Assembly (NCBI GenBank): GCA_000934665.2
Contig: JYFJ02003084.1
Location: forward strand, 1 to 46,505
Length of the DNA: 46,505 nt
Reading direction: 5' to 3'
Source of the DNA: Catajapyx aquilonaris
Lineage: Eukaryota
Below are positions 1-10,900 of this stretch, in pieces. The first letter of the stretch is position 1; each line of letters starts with the position of its first letter. The translations under genes were made by a program, and so were the position numbers. Under the pieces are notes generated by a model that saw nothing but the letters and a program-made list of their open reading frames with translations, was not told the DNA's origin and searched no databases.

Positions 1-204
1 CACGACCAGTGTTCGGACATCGTCATGTGGAGAGTGCTTAGCGTTCTTTCTGTCTTTGCCACTGTTTACAGGTAGCGATTGATGCTGGCAACGACAGAAA
101 GAACGCTAAGCACTCTCCACATGACGATGTCCGAACACGACCAGTTGCCAGGTAACGCCAAAGTCGTTGTTTACACTTGTTATATGCTATTGTGTCCAGC
201 ACTG
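1..204. mobile_element. Right part of a palindromic MITE, same family as 5449-5610 and 8159-8500
   Basis: Inverted arms 9-54 and 93-138; ends TGTCCAGCACTG followed by TA (205-206); shares TTGCCAGGTAACGC with the 8159-8500 copy; left end lies outside the window. Confidence 0.7.
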
Positions 205-230
205 TACTACGGTTACAATAATGCAAAATA

Positions 231-341
231 AGTGTTACCAATCAGTACTCTGAATGATGCACGGTTTGATATGAATGATGTACAGTACTGTACGAGTGAT
301 GGACGAACAGTGCATCATTCAGAGAACTGATTGGTAACACT
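231..341. repeat. Inverted repeat or hairpin with ~32-bp arms
   Basis: AGTGTTACCAATCAGTACTCTGAATGATGCAC (231-262) versus GTGCATCATTCAGAGAACTGATTGGTAACACT (310-341), one mismatch. Confidence 0.85.
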
Positions 342-404
342 CATTGTTCCCTATTGTAACCCTAGTACCCGAATTGCATTCCCGAATCCCCCAAACCACC
401 GATA

Positions 405-495
405 GTACGGGGGGACAGTGGAAAACCACAGTAAACCACGGTCAGGGTAGCCGGCCCCAGGAATCGAACCCAGGACCTCCCGATTAGCAGTTGAA
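405..495 (-). mobile_element. tRNA-derived SINE fragment
   Basis: B-box-like GGGTTCGATTCC on the minus strand (~461-472) next to GGAAAACCAC...GGTCAGGGTAGCCGG, a layout typical of insect SINEs. Confidence 0.55.
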
Positions 496-1088
496 CTCCT
501 TCACCAATAGTGGTATCAATTTGTCTGAGAAGCCTCCTCACTCAAATAATCAAATCCAAACCAAATGTATGAACATCCTTGTAGATATGCTTCCCTTCTA
601 GCAGCCTTGCAGTTCTAATTTAAAATGTGGCCGTAAAATTTGAACTTAACTAACGATCTTATGGGATGTGTCAGGCGATAGAAGTGTCCTGGGCTGTATC
701 CGTACCATAGAACATGGTGTAATGCATTCCTCTGAATAATAATAATTTTCATAGATATCGTAAGACAACCTCGCCTTATACCAACCAGCATACCTCGCTT
801 AAACCGGCATGCCAGTATAGCTACCAGATCGTGCATTTCTGAAAACTGGTCGACCTCGACTACCCCGTCATGCCGCTTAAGTGAGGTAATACGGTATGTA
901 GATGGGACTCCAAAGGTGGATGTCTGTGGTCTAACCACTACACCATAATGATGCCTGTTGCTCAAGGAAAATATAGCTCAGTTGCATTTATTGACTTTTG
1001 TAATTATTATTTCACATCAACTTAAATTACTGGCAAAAGCAACAACCAACCATTCTTTTGAAACTGTTGAAGCATTTTCAGGTGCTCA

Positions 1089-2263
1089 TTAGATGCAAAT
1101 TCCCTTCCTTCCGAGCTCCATATTATGCAGAATGCAGCAACTCATAATCACATCTGAAGCACTCTCTGTATCTGATTGCACCAAATATTTGAGCCTTTTA
1201 AATCTGGACTTGACAGAGGCAAAGGCATAGTCAATTTTAGCATAAGTTTTGAAAAGCTGGTTGTTGTACTCAACTTCTTCCATGTTGATCGGTCCTTCCT
1301 CATCAAACGGAACCAAGAGCCAGCCTTTGAGAGGGTAAGCACAGCTTCCAACCAGATGGTACTGGTTGTCTGGGAACATCTCCTTCGAGTGCTGGTACAG
1401 ATCTGATTCTTGCAACACACTTGAAATGTTGGTATTCCCTGGTTCTCCACATGTGCAGCTGGTAAATATCAACTTGGAAGTACATGTTCCTTGCAAAACA
1501 ACGGCTGTTTCAACTTCGCGCCGGTTTCCCTTTGTGAGTAACACTGCTACGGAGCATGCCCCAATCGTGCCTACCACACCCGGCAGCCCCGATATTTCCT
1601 CATACCCCTTTGCAATATTTTCCAGCTGATGTGCTTCTGGCCACTTGATAACCTCTGAATGCTTGACATTACAGACAGTCCCAAACACTCTCCTAACACA
1701 CAGCAACACATGCATCCGCCTCAGTCCGCCAAAGTTCCTTGGTATAATGGGCTGTCCTGTTGCCATGTAATGTAAGGCCACCGCTACCTGCTTCTGCACC
1801 CCCAAGCTGCGGAGGACCTTCGAATGTTCAATCTCAGCCCAGGCATTGCCAACTATGCATGCAACTTCCTCTGCTGTGGAAGGGCTGACGCCAAAGCACT
1901 TTTCAAAGCCGAAAGAGTCAGCAGTGTTGAGATAGATCTTCAAAAGTGGTGATGATGCGCTTGGCTCCTTCCTTTCCTCTTCTGGCGTCTCATCAGTGGC
2001 GTGTTGTTCTGTTGTGTGGAAGTAATGCATGTGTAAATAACAAATTGCATAGTTAACCATGCATGTGAGCTACTCGTACCAGTTGGCTGCATGCTTTCTT
2101 TGTCCTCTAGGCAAGCCTGCAGTATCAGCTGCATAAGAAGCTGCCGACGACGCTTCCTCCTCAACCGCTCCTGCAGAAAGGCAGCCACCAAGGCTACTAT
2201 CTCCTCTTCATCTGTACCACCAGCTAGCACAGACGTAACTGCAGCCATTGTTGCACTATCCAT
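1089..2263 (-). CDS. Harbinger/PIF transposase-derived (HARBI1/ALP1-like) protein, ~367 aa, DDE residues substituted
   Basis: Exons 2263-2080 and 2008-1089 joined by a phase-1 GT-AG intron. HTH region QKQVAVALHYMATG; motifs GVVGTIGACSV, HLVGSCAYPL, YNNQLFKT, IDYAFASVKSRFKRL, CCILHN align with DDE_Tnp_4 (GAIDGTH, GDSGYP, ERAFGxLKxRFR, CCxLHN). Confidence 0.85.
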
Positions 2264-3469
2264 CTCCCCACCTATAAAGATGATAACAATGCATACATTC
2301 CTATGCCAATGTACGGTGCATGACCCTAAAACAATGCGTAAACCAAATGTAATACCAATCCAGAATATTTTCATGGTACAGTACTAGGTTACCTGTAAAG
2401 TAACTGTCAGCTGAAATTCCGCTTCTAAAGTTGCCGCCGCCTCAGTTCAGGTCATTTCTCATTCTTAGAACTGTTTGGAACATCACAGGGTGATCCACAA
2501 GTAACATTCAGTTTGGCGTTGAGTTGGTTCGGAGCTGGTGTGAGTTTTTTGCCGGTGGCGGCGACACCATCGCTGTGCAAATTCTTTTCGAACGCACCCG
2601 GCGTCAAGAAGATCCCGATTTTAATCACCAGACTGGACGATTCTACTTAAAATAATCATATTTTAATTTATATTCACATCACAGGATTTTACTCGTAGTT
2701 ATTTCTATAAAAATAGCCATCTCATATAGTATGATGTGTAGCAGTTAGAAATTGATAGCGACCAATCTGGAACGAGCTGGAATCATTTATGCAAAATTAT
2801 GGACATGTGGTTTTTAAATTTGCGTGGTTAATTAGTTCACAACTATCATCAGCCGCCGATTTGTTCTGTGCTAATAATTGGCGTATGACTGGTTTATGCT
2901 CATATTAGTCAAATATAGAAACCAGAGGCGAATATAACAGCTCTACCTTTTGAATACGAGCAGATATGTTACTTTCGGTCCCGCCAACCCGACTCCTACG
3001 AACACCGGCGGTTCTTACTTCTTTCTTTGGCACTTCGGAAGCGAGAATAAGAGGGACCTTACGAGAACCTGAGAAGCACGTTGCACAGGCAACCACCGGC
3101 CGAAAAAGTAAGAAACCGTTGGAGTTTGTGCAGAAAGGCAGGGGCGGCGATTTATCATAAATTATAATTGTTTGTGGCGGACCTGGGGGACGGACAGCCC
3201 CGGGATCGGGGCTGGCTATTTAATACCAGCAGTCAGGAGACTGGACTTGGGACTTATCCTCTTACTGTCCAGAAGCAAATTAGGATGGGGTGGACCAGAG
3301 CTTATTGCCTTATTCTAAGCAATTGTTAGAACTGCGCAAAAGTCATGTTCAACTTATTGTCAAAGTAGGGGATGAAATGAGAAAAGTGTGAATAAGCATG
3401 CTGCTAGTGCCGCAGGAAGTTGTTCTTGTCTTCAATAAGCTGTGGGACCGGAAGTGTGTGTTTTTACTG

Positions 3470-3665
3470 CAACTGTGGGGACTACTGTTCCCACAATTTT
3501 TCTTGTGGGGGACATTTTGGGACCTCACATCTTCACACACCGCAGGACGTTACCATTATAGTGGGGACATGTCCCCACAATATTTCGATTTGCAGGGTTT
3601 CACAAAAGTCCATTTCTCTCAGCCTAGGTTAGTTAGGGTAGGTTAGGTTAGGTTACATTAGGTTA
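3470..3665. repeat. GTGGGGAC/GTCCCCAC motifs followed by (GGTTA)n; probable non-autonomous element or interstitial TTAGG-type repeat
   Basis: Repeated TGTGGGGAC, palindrome GTGGGGACATGTCCCCAC at 3561-3578, and degenerate TAGGT repeats at 3625-3665. Confidence 0.45.
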
Positions 3666-4144
3666 CACTAGCTTCGAAAAGTTGAGTTTTCGACGTAGTC
3701 CCCATAGCTTGTTGAGTGCAACTCTGTGTGTTCAAGGTCACACAAGCTTAGGTGAATGTAACTGACAAAGTACAGTGGAATCCTGGCTCCTATACTGTAA
3801 GCACATCGGATATAAGCAAATACTGTAGCAAGGTCGGTCCATTCATATTTCCAGCAGTGACAATGTACAGAACGCATAATTTTGGAAAAATTTGCGTTCA
3901 ACTGAAAGAAGTTGAGGTTCTAGTTCGAATCATACTACACATCCAACCTTCCATTACATTCCATCAACAACATCAATCAATTTTTGTTATTGCATTATCT
4001 TTTGAGTATGTGCTGTAGTTGTGAAGTGTGGAGATCGGATTGACTGCCAGTTATTGTTGCATGCACTTTATTCCAGTAGACTGAAGCCTATCAAGCACAA
4101 GAAGCACTGGTTGTCCAAGTATTTTGCATTAAATTGTTGTGGTG

Positions 4145-6483
4145 ATGGGTTCTGCACTTTCCTTGCCGACACTTCCTTGTGACACCAATAAGTCGGACTG
4201 TTTCGTTTGCGGTCTTTATTGCGTGCGTGAAGGAATGGTGATAGTGGGCTGCCTCACAATTGTTGATTGGCTGATTGGTGATGATGAAGAGAAGGAGGAG
4301 GAGGAGGAGGAGGAAGAAGAGGAAGAAGAAGAAGAGAAGGAGAAGGAGGGGAAAAAGGAGAAGAAAAAGCCACCTACCTATCAGTCAGAGTCCATAATGC
4401 AGTTTCCTGTACGTACTCTTCCCCCATGTTGGGATTTTCATGAGAAAGGTGGATGCAAGGCTCCGAGGTGCCGAAGGGTGCATGAAGTCAATGGGCTCAC
4501 GTAAGTAAAGCTGATGTGTAAGGAAGTTGTTTATGGAGGTTATGAAGGAATTAATATGGGGAACACAGGGTTAACCCCTTTGTGTCAGGGTCTTCCATCC
4601 ATAAGCAAAGGCTTAATGACAATTATCCCTCAGACGGTGACGTGCGAAATGTTCGCTCTCCGGTGACGTGGGCACTTTTTGTGACCAAGCCATATTTTTT
4701 GTTATATGTGGCGAAATATAGCACATTCGGGCTTCACTTTTGAGACAATCATAGTGTGATTCCTTCTACGACAAATAGCGTTTAGTTTACATTTTTTAAG
4801 GAAATAGTGCGATCAGAAAAAAATCGGAAAGAAAATCAGTCGGGGCCAACTCCCGGGGGTAGGGGGATTCCACCCCTTGGCGGCCTGGGATGCCACCGGG
4901 AGCCGCCAGACCGGATCTTGGTTAGGCCCCATCTACGCATTGCCGCCTAATTTATTTTTTCCTGGTCGTGCTAATTGCTCAAAAAATTTAAACTAAACGT
5001 GATTCATCACAGAAATAGTCAAACGAAAATGTTCTCAAAGATGAATCTCGAATGCCCTAAATTTGCCAAGTTATAGCAAAAAAGGGTCGTTGGTCACAAA
5101 AAGTGCCCACGTCACCGTCCGAGGGTTATACAAGTAGTATAATAATTATAGTAGTAGTATTTATAACTACAAGTAAATGTAGCATTTGTGAATTTGGGTG
5201 GATGTGTTGGGAAGCACTGCATTGTAAGTTTAAGATCAGTAGTGTATTCCGCAGAATGGAGATCTTACACAGAAAATTGTGATATCGATAGTGTGGCATA
5301 GCAGATGACAAACCTTTGCAACAAGGAAATTGCCTACAAACACTTAGGCTGGTATATGGTGCCCATGTAACCTAGACTGGTATGAAGTCACTTATAAAGA
5401 AAGACACTGGGTACAAAAGTACCATGTACCAATCTATGCCAAATAGTACAGTGTTGGACATAAATCGAGGCATATTGCTAGCGACATTTTCCGAAGCGGC
5501 AGAAGAAGGAATCGAAGATAAGGATACTGCAAGTCGGGCGAGCAGGATTCCTTCTTCTGCCGCTTCGGAAAATGTCGCTGGCAGTATGCCTCGATTTATG
5601 TCCATCACTGTACAGAACTAGTTCAATATTACTGTACACTTGTGCACTTACTTGTATACAGTATGCAGAAATTGCTACAAATTCTTTTAAAAAATCTTGA
5701 GCAGATGGCCTCTGACTGAGGCTGCAATTAGTGCACATTTACTGAACTTGGTGTGTATGTATCAGCCGTGTGACACTTAGAAATCATGTAAAATTTGTAG
5801 CAATATGAGGATCATATTTTTGAAATGCTCCATAAAATCTTGGTTTACTGCAATTTATTTGATTTGATAATTTTGGAAATAATAACTGTATAAACAGACC
5901 TAGGATACTGTACACGACTGTGATTTTGGAACATCTCTCTCCGTATGATGCTGTATGGTCTGAAAGTATAATTTGGAATTATTTGCGATTTTAAAAATCC
6001 AATTCTGTTCTTTGCAGAAAGTTGCGCAGCCACATCCGCTCTGCCAAGCAGACTTTGGACGTTTGCGTCTACAACGTATCTGCTTCAGACCTGCAAGATG
6101 CTGTGACAGATGCACACAAGAGAGGGGTGAAGGTGAGGGTGATTAGCGATGTCATGCGAGGAAAGTCTTCTGGTACGATTATAGAAGCATGCATAAAGTA
6201 TGGCATTCCATCAGTCTTCAAAGTGCCTGCATCACACTCAGCTGTCCATCACAAGTTCATAATTGTAGACAGGAAGGTATTGCTCTATGGTAGTCTTAAC
6301 TGGACCACAGGAGGGATATACGAGAATAGGGAGTGCCTCAGGGCCACAGACAAACAGGACGCTATTGTTCAGTTTGAAGCTGAGTTCATGCAGTTGTGGG
6401 AGAAGTTCAAGGCTTATGATGACGAATATGAGCAGGTTTTCATGTCACGTGACAAGCCTGCAAAGAGCCTGAAGCAGTCCTAA
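4145..6483 (+). CDS. zuc: Zucchini/PLD6 (MitoPLD) phospholipase D-family nuclease, ~273 aa
   Basis: Exons 4145-4500 and 6018-6483 (AC|gtaagt...ttgcag|A, phase 2). CCCH zinc motif CWDFHEKGGCKAPRCRRVH, IRSAKQTLDVCVY, RGVKVRVISD and a single HKD motif HHKFIIVD followed by GSLNWT. Start codon uncertain (4145 or 4397). Confidence 0.88.
4627..5125. mobile_element. piggyBac-like foldback MITE (499 bp) in the zuc intron
   Basis: TIRs CCCTCAGACGGTGACGTG and CACGTCACCGTCCGAGGG; TTAT on both flanks (4623-4626, 5126-5129); long imperfect internal inverted symmetry. Confidence 0.8.
5449..5610. mobile_element. Palindromic MITE with TA target duplication in the zuc intron
   Basis: TA|CAGTGTTGGACATAAATCGAGGCATA...TATGCCTCGATTTATGTCCATCACTG|TA; arms ~63 bp. 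Confidence 0.85.
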
Positions 6484-6847
6484 GAGCCATGTATTGCAGT
6501 GAAGAGATTATGTAAAATGGTCTACTTTCTGCATACATACCCCCAGTCATGCGTAATTACGCCAAATACTGACCAATAATGATAGGAAACTATAGAATAT
6601 ACAGGGCTGTTACTTTCAGGGTTGGTCATAACATTTTCAAAGTTAGCATTTTAATGATTGTGTAAGCTGTTACCAATTGGACTACACTGGTTGGTGTTTG
6701 ATTGACGAACATGATGGATTTTTTAAAGGTAAAAGGGCAGATGAAAATTATTGCCAAAATGTACAGTACAAAGCACTGTCAGTGGTATTGTGTAATTCCC
6801 AAGCTAACTTGCCTCATTCCAGTTTATATCCTTTGCTTACATTAAGG

Positions 6848-6895
6848 CAGTGGTTCCCAACCTGGGGGTCCCAACCCCCCAAGGGGGCCATGGAG
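6848..6895 (+). mobile_element. hAT/Charlie-type MITE end, truncated
   Basis: CAGTGGTTCCCAACCTGGGGGTC...CCCC terminal motif typical of hAT MITEs; no partner end found. Confidence 0.5.
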
Positions 6896-7418
6896 CAGGT
6901 CCCATGTAAGTGAATTTCATCCAAGATTGGGTGTATACTCCTTATTTGTACCAAGCCCTGTAATCAGTATTTTGTTTAAAAATTGTATGTCATGTTTTTG
7001 TTTTTTTTTGGTTCCTCAAATTGTGTTAGCAGATTCCAAAGAGTTGACACATTAGTGTGCCAAGTACTGAATTATACATTTTAAGAGCGTGAGTAACTGC
7101 ATATGCATTTATGCCAACATGTTTATTTGTTTCCTTGCCTGTTTTTTTGTCAAAGTTGTCAGCAAGCATTTTAAATAGCAGCCTGAAAAACCATTTGCGG
7201 TTTGATTCCAAGGCTGGATTTGGGATGAATTGCATTGAAGACTAAGTAAGAGTATTTAGAAAACTATCCTATATGCAGCTGTGTTCAAAGAATCAAAGAG
7301 TACCTTCAAGCAATGATTTATTTTCAATGTTTTGATTAGGACAGGTGAGTCATTCCAGGCCATATACTCGTAATATCTAAGGGATGTTATTCATAGTTTA
7401 TTTATCACTGCCAGCAAT

Positions 7419-7630
7419 CAGCGCCTGATTAACCCCCCTGGCCCCTGGCCGCCCTGAGGCAGTTAAGATCCACCCCTCCCCCATATGTCACTTAAAAATT
7501 CCATTTTTCTCCTACGTTCTCGCATGTTTTGTTTTGATTTGATTTATTTTGAAAAAACTATATATTCCAACTTCTGGCCGCCCCTAGGCAATTGCCTACT
7601 CTGCCTAAATAATGGGGAAAGCCGGCGCTG
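7419..7630. mobile_element. hAT-type MITE with 8-bp target duplication
   Basis: Ends CAGCGCCTGATT and AAGCCGGCGCTG; flanks CCAGCAAT (7411-7418) and CCAACAAT (7631-7638); internal GGCCGCCC...AGGCA repeats. Confidence 0.75.
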
Positions 7631-8158
7631 CCAACAATGAATGACATCCATTAATTCCTGGATAGATCATCTACTCTGAATGGTGCTAGACATAAGTAGA
7701 GTTATGTTCTGTTAAGGAAAGTGAACTGCAAAAGTCCCAGTGTCATGATGTGCTAGAAAAGGTACAGGATTACTGTTGTTATTAATCAATTAATTATGTA
7801 ATGTCATGTAAAACAAGGATTATGGCATACCATGTGTTAGGGTAGTGCAGTTGTCATTCAGGATAATATATCGTTTGTTAATGAGATGTAATCAAATCAA
7901 AGGGATTACGCTCTGGAAATGCAGATCTGGAGATCTGAGATTTACAAGAAGTGTACACTTTTCCTGCGGGGATTTCCCGCTTAGATGACAAATGGGTTTG
8001 TAAGTGTGCATATTTTGGATCTTGTCATGATTTTCATTAGGAGAAAGTTCTTTTGCATCTTAAAGGCAATTTTTGCACATCTTTTGTTAGTTTTAATTTT
8101 GTGGCATTTAATCATGGTTGTTTGTTATGTCATTGTCTAACCAAATGGTTGTACTGTA

Positions 8159-8500
8159 CAATGCTGGACATATTAGCAGTCGCTGAATGTTTTTTTCCGG
8201 TGGTGGTGGTGGCTGCGTTACCTGGCAACCCCATCCGGCAGGCCAATTCAAACATCAGCCCATGGAGAGCGCTTCCATTGTTGCCGCTGTTTACAAATCG
8301 AGTGAGTGAGTGCGCAGGCAGAAGAGACCCGTCGCTGGGTCGTCCGCGGCACTCACTCGATTTGTAAAGAGTGGCAACAATGGAAGCGCTCTCCATGGGC
8401 TGATGTTTGAATTGGCCCGCCGGACGGGGTTGCCAGGTAACGCAGTGCCGTCGCCAACGGAAAAAAAACAATTCAGCGACGGCTAATTTGTCCAGCACTG
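8159..8500. mobile_element. Palindromic MITE (342 bp) with TA target duplication
   Basis: TA|CAATGCTGGACA...TGTCCAGCACTG|TA; arms ~150 bp around a ~40-bp loop. Confidence 0.88.
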
Positions 8501-9144
8501 TATGGTAGAGCTCAAAATTGGTTACTTTTGATAAAAGGAAATGAACACCAATATATGGGTTTTCTAAACAGTGGATGACTATGTTTTGATGATAATTACA
8601 TATATATTGGAAACTATGTTCAAGTTGAAGAGTTCTGCTCTGGTATTAGTATAAGAAACTAGAAACAATTTATTCGGAAAGGTCCCTGTGCTAATGAGAA
8701 TATGTTCTAACATTTAAAAAAAATTATTGTATGCAGACAAATACGCAGCTAACATTTTATGTTTTCTTTATATTTTAGTTGCAGTTATTAGTGCCAACGT
8801 TTTTCTAAACTGAAAACTCCTTCCTAAGGCTGTGATTGTGGTAGAAGGTAAACAGAACTGTGATCATTCAGAGTTATATAAGTGGCTATAACAACTGATT
8901 ATAATTATAGGGATAAGTGCATAATTTTCTGTAATTTGATCATGAGAAATGAACAGTAAATACGTGTGCAATTTTGACTTGTTGTCTTATTATTAAAATC
9001 GTTTGTAATTAGTGACTTCTTCCAAACCCATCTGCTTGTTGTTGATAAACTGTTCCTGCCACCCGAGCACAACTGTTCGCTTTGGTTTTGTTACTGGCCT
9101 CCCCTTTCACATAGCCATATTATTGTTCAGCCTAAAGTGAGGCC

Positions 9145-9178
9145 AGCTGAAAGAAGTTAGTGCTAACTTCTTTCAGCT
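9145..9178. repeat. Perfect 16-bp inverted repeat with 2-nt spacer
   Basis: AGCTGAAAGAAGTTAG-TG-CTAACTTCTTTCAGCT. Confidence 0.9.
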
Positions 9179-9732
9179 AGACTCAGCCTCAGTGACCTAG
9201 CCATTAACTGTTCTATTGTTACTTGAACATGGCATGATTCCAGCTCAAACTTGTACATTGCTTAATTTTTGTAATACTGTCCAGTCTCACATCAGCAGTA
9301 TCTTTGAAATAGAGAGTTGTTTGTACAATACAAGTAGTCTTTTACTCTTTAAAATGGCTCATGAAATTCCCATGATGAAGTCGTGTCATGCAGTCTGGAA
9401 TTTATTTCAGGAAAATGTACCCTACACCCGTAATGTATTCATGACTCGTTCAAAAATACTGCTATTTTGAAACGTACTCCCAAATTGCTAGAGAGGACAC
9501 TGTAAAGCAACGAATATGACAGGTAGAGCAGTTGTTACATTTATTGCATGGTTATTAACACCAGCATCTTCAAAATAATAAATATAAATAAATTGCACAA
9601 TTCGTATAAAGGTGGTACTTCAGGAAGAACTTGTATATCCCATATTTCTTGCCGCATTCAGGAAAAGTCATTATCATTCAACTCCATCAGCCACATGGAT
9701 GTAGCTGTCAGTCAAGTCCTTTACATGATCAC

Positions 9733-10652
9733 TCATTTCTTGCCACCTGTGTATTAAAAAAGGGGATTAATTATGGCAAAACGTGAGATGTATTCATTAC
9801 GATCACACTGGGATTTGTTTTTACTTAGTTTTTACAGAGTAGGCTAAGCAGACATATAATACAACATGGGCTACCAAACAAAAGTCTGCTCATGTATTAT
9901 TATCAGGGCTGGGAATAAAAGGTGATGGGTGATGCAATGCATCTGATTGGTTTTACCAGCAACCAATTTAAAGAGAAATGACCTGTTAATTAGCACCAGT
10001 ATGTTTTTCCCCCCCTCTCGACATGCAGTAAATTAAAGTATGAGTCTTTTCTTACACACTTGAATTACTGTATGTGCCAACTACATGATGCACAATATTA
10101 CATCACTCTTGAAGGTCTCATGCTGGTTAAATTAAGTTGCAAAAATTATGACAAGATGACGAACCTTTCTTGCCGCCCCCCTTATCGCCGCCACCTTTGC
10201 CCCCCTTGTCACCACCCCCTTTGCCGCCACCCCCCTTTTTCTGAAACAAAACAGCCAACACTACATCGCCTGTGACGCGCTCAAAATATTTCGGCTGCAA
10301 GCACACACTATTTTGGTTTGGAAGGTCGACCTTGCCGGATATGTGCCAGGTTACGCAACCACCTGCATGCAATTCGGCACTAAGCTATAACCATAACTAT
10401 ATTTTGCCAATAAGTCGCGGATGTATGATCAGGAAATATTGAGGAGGGAAAAAAAGTGGCGAACTTACCTCATCTTTGCCACCACCACCGCCGCCACCAC
10501 CCTTTTCGCCTGTTGTTTAAAAAAAAAAATTATTTTAAAATGTGTGCACTAGTAATCATCAATGCACTGATATTATTTCCTTCATAATTCACCTTTTCAT
10601 ATATGTATGTTTTCTGAATAACTAGATAGCACGTACCTTTTCCCTTGGCCAT
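9733..10652 (-). CDS. Gly/Lys-rich 48-aa micropeptide encoded by four small exons
   Basis: Exons 10652-10637 (16 nt), 10509-10469 (41 nt), 10240-10165 (76 nt), 9746-9733 (14 nt); all GT-AG with phases 1,0,1 matching. Product MAKGKGEKGGGGGGGGKDEKKGGGGKGGGDKGGKGGGDKGGGKKGGKK. AATAAA on the minus strand at ~9540-9545. Confidence 0.78.
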
Positions 10653-10873
10653 AGCCGCTGAAGGTGTGTTGCTCCTCTGTGATGCTGCTGCTTCCTATCT
10701 GTTCTCCTGAAGCTATATGTACTCGAGGATTTGACAGTCTTGTTGTTGAATCCCTGCCAGTAAGCAACCTGGACCATTCCGTGTGTCTTATGCAACAGAA
10801 ACACGGGTATCTCAACGAGGAAACCGTGCCTCGAAGCAGTTGGTTGATTGGGAAGAAGCCAAAGCAACAACAT

Positions 10874-10900
10874 ACTGAGGCCATGCAGCAGTCTTATATA
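10874..10900 (-). promoter_or_regulatory. Candidate TATA box plus TCAGT initiator for the micropeptide gene
   Basis: Minus strand TATATAA (10900-10894) then TCAGT (10878-10874); spacing ~24 nt is somewhat shorter than the canonical ~30. Confidence 0.35.

Noticed and set aside
615..965. 116-aa minus-strand ORF as a Myb/MADF partner of the Harbinger protein
   Set aside because: No Trp-spaced Myb/SANT pattern, non-ATG start and no splice support
5372..5621. Mirror-image ORFs on both strands, also at 8053-8498
   Set aside because: Artefacts of palindromic MITEs
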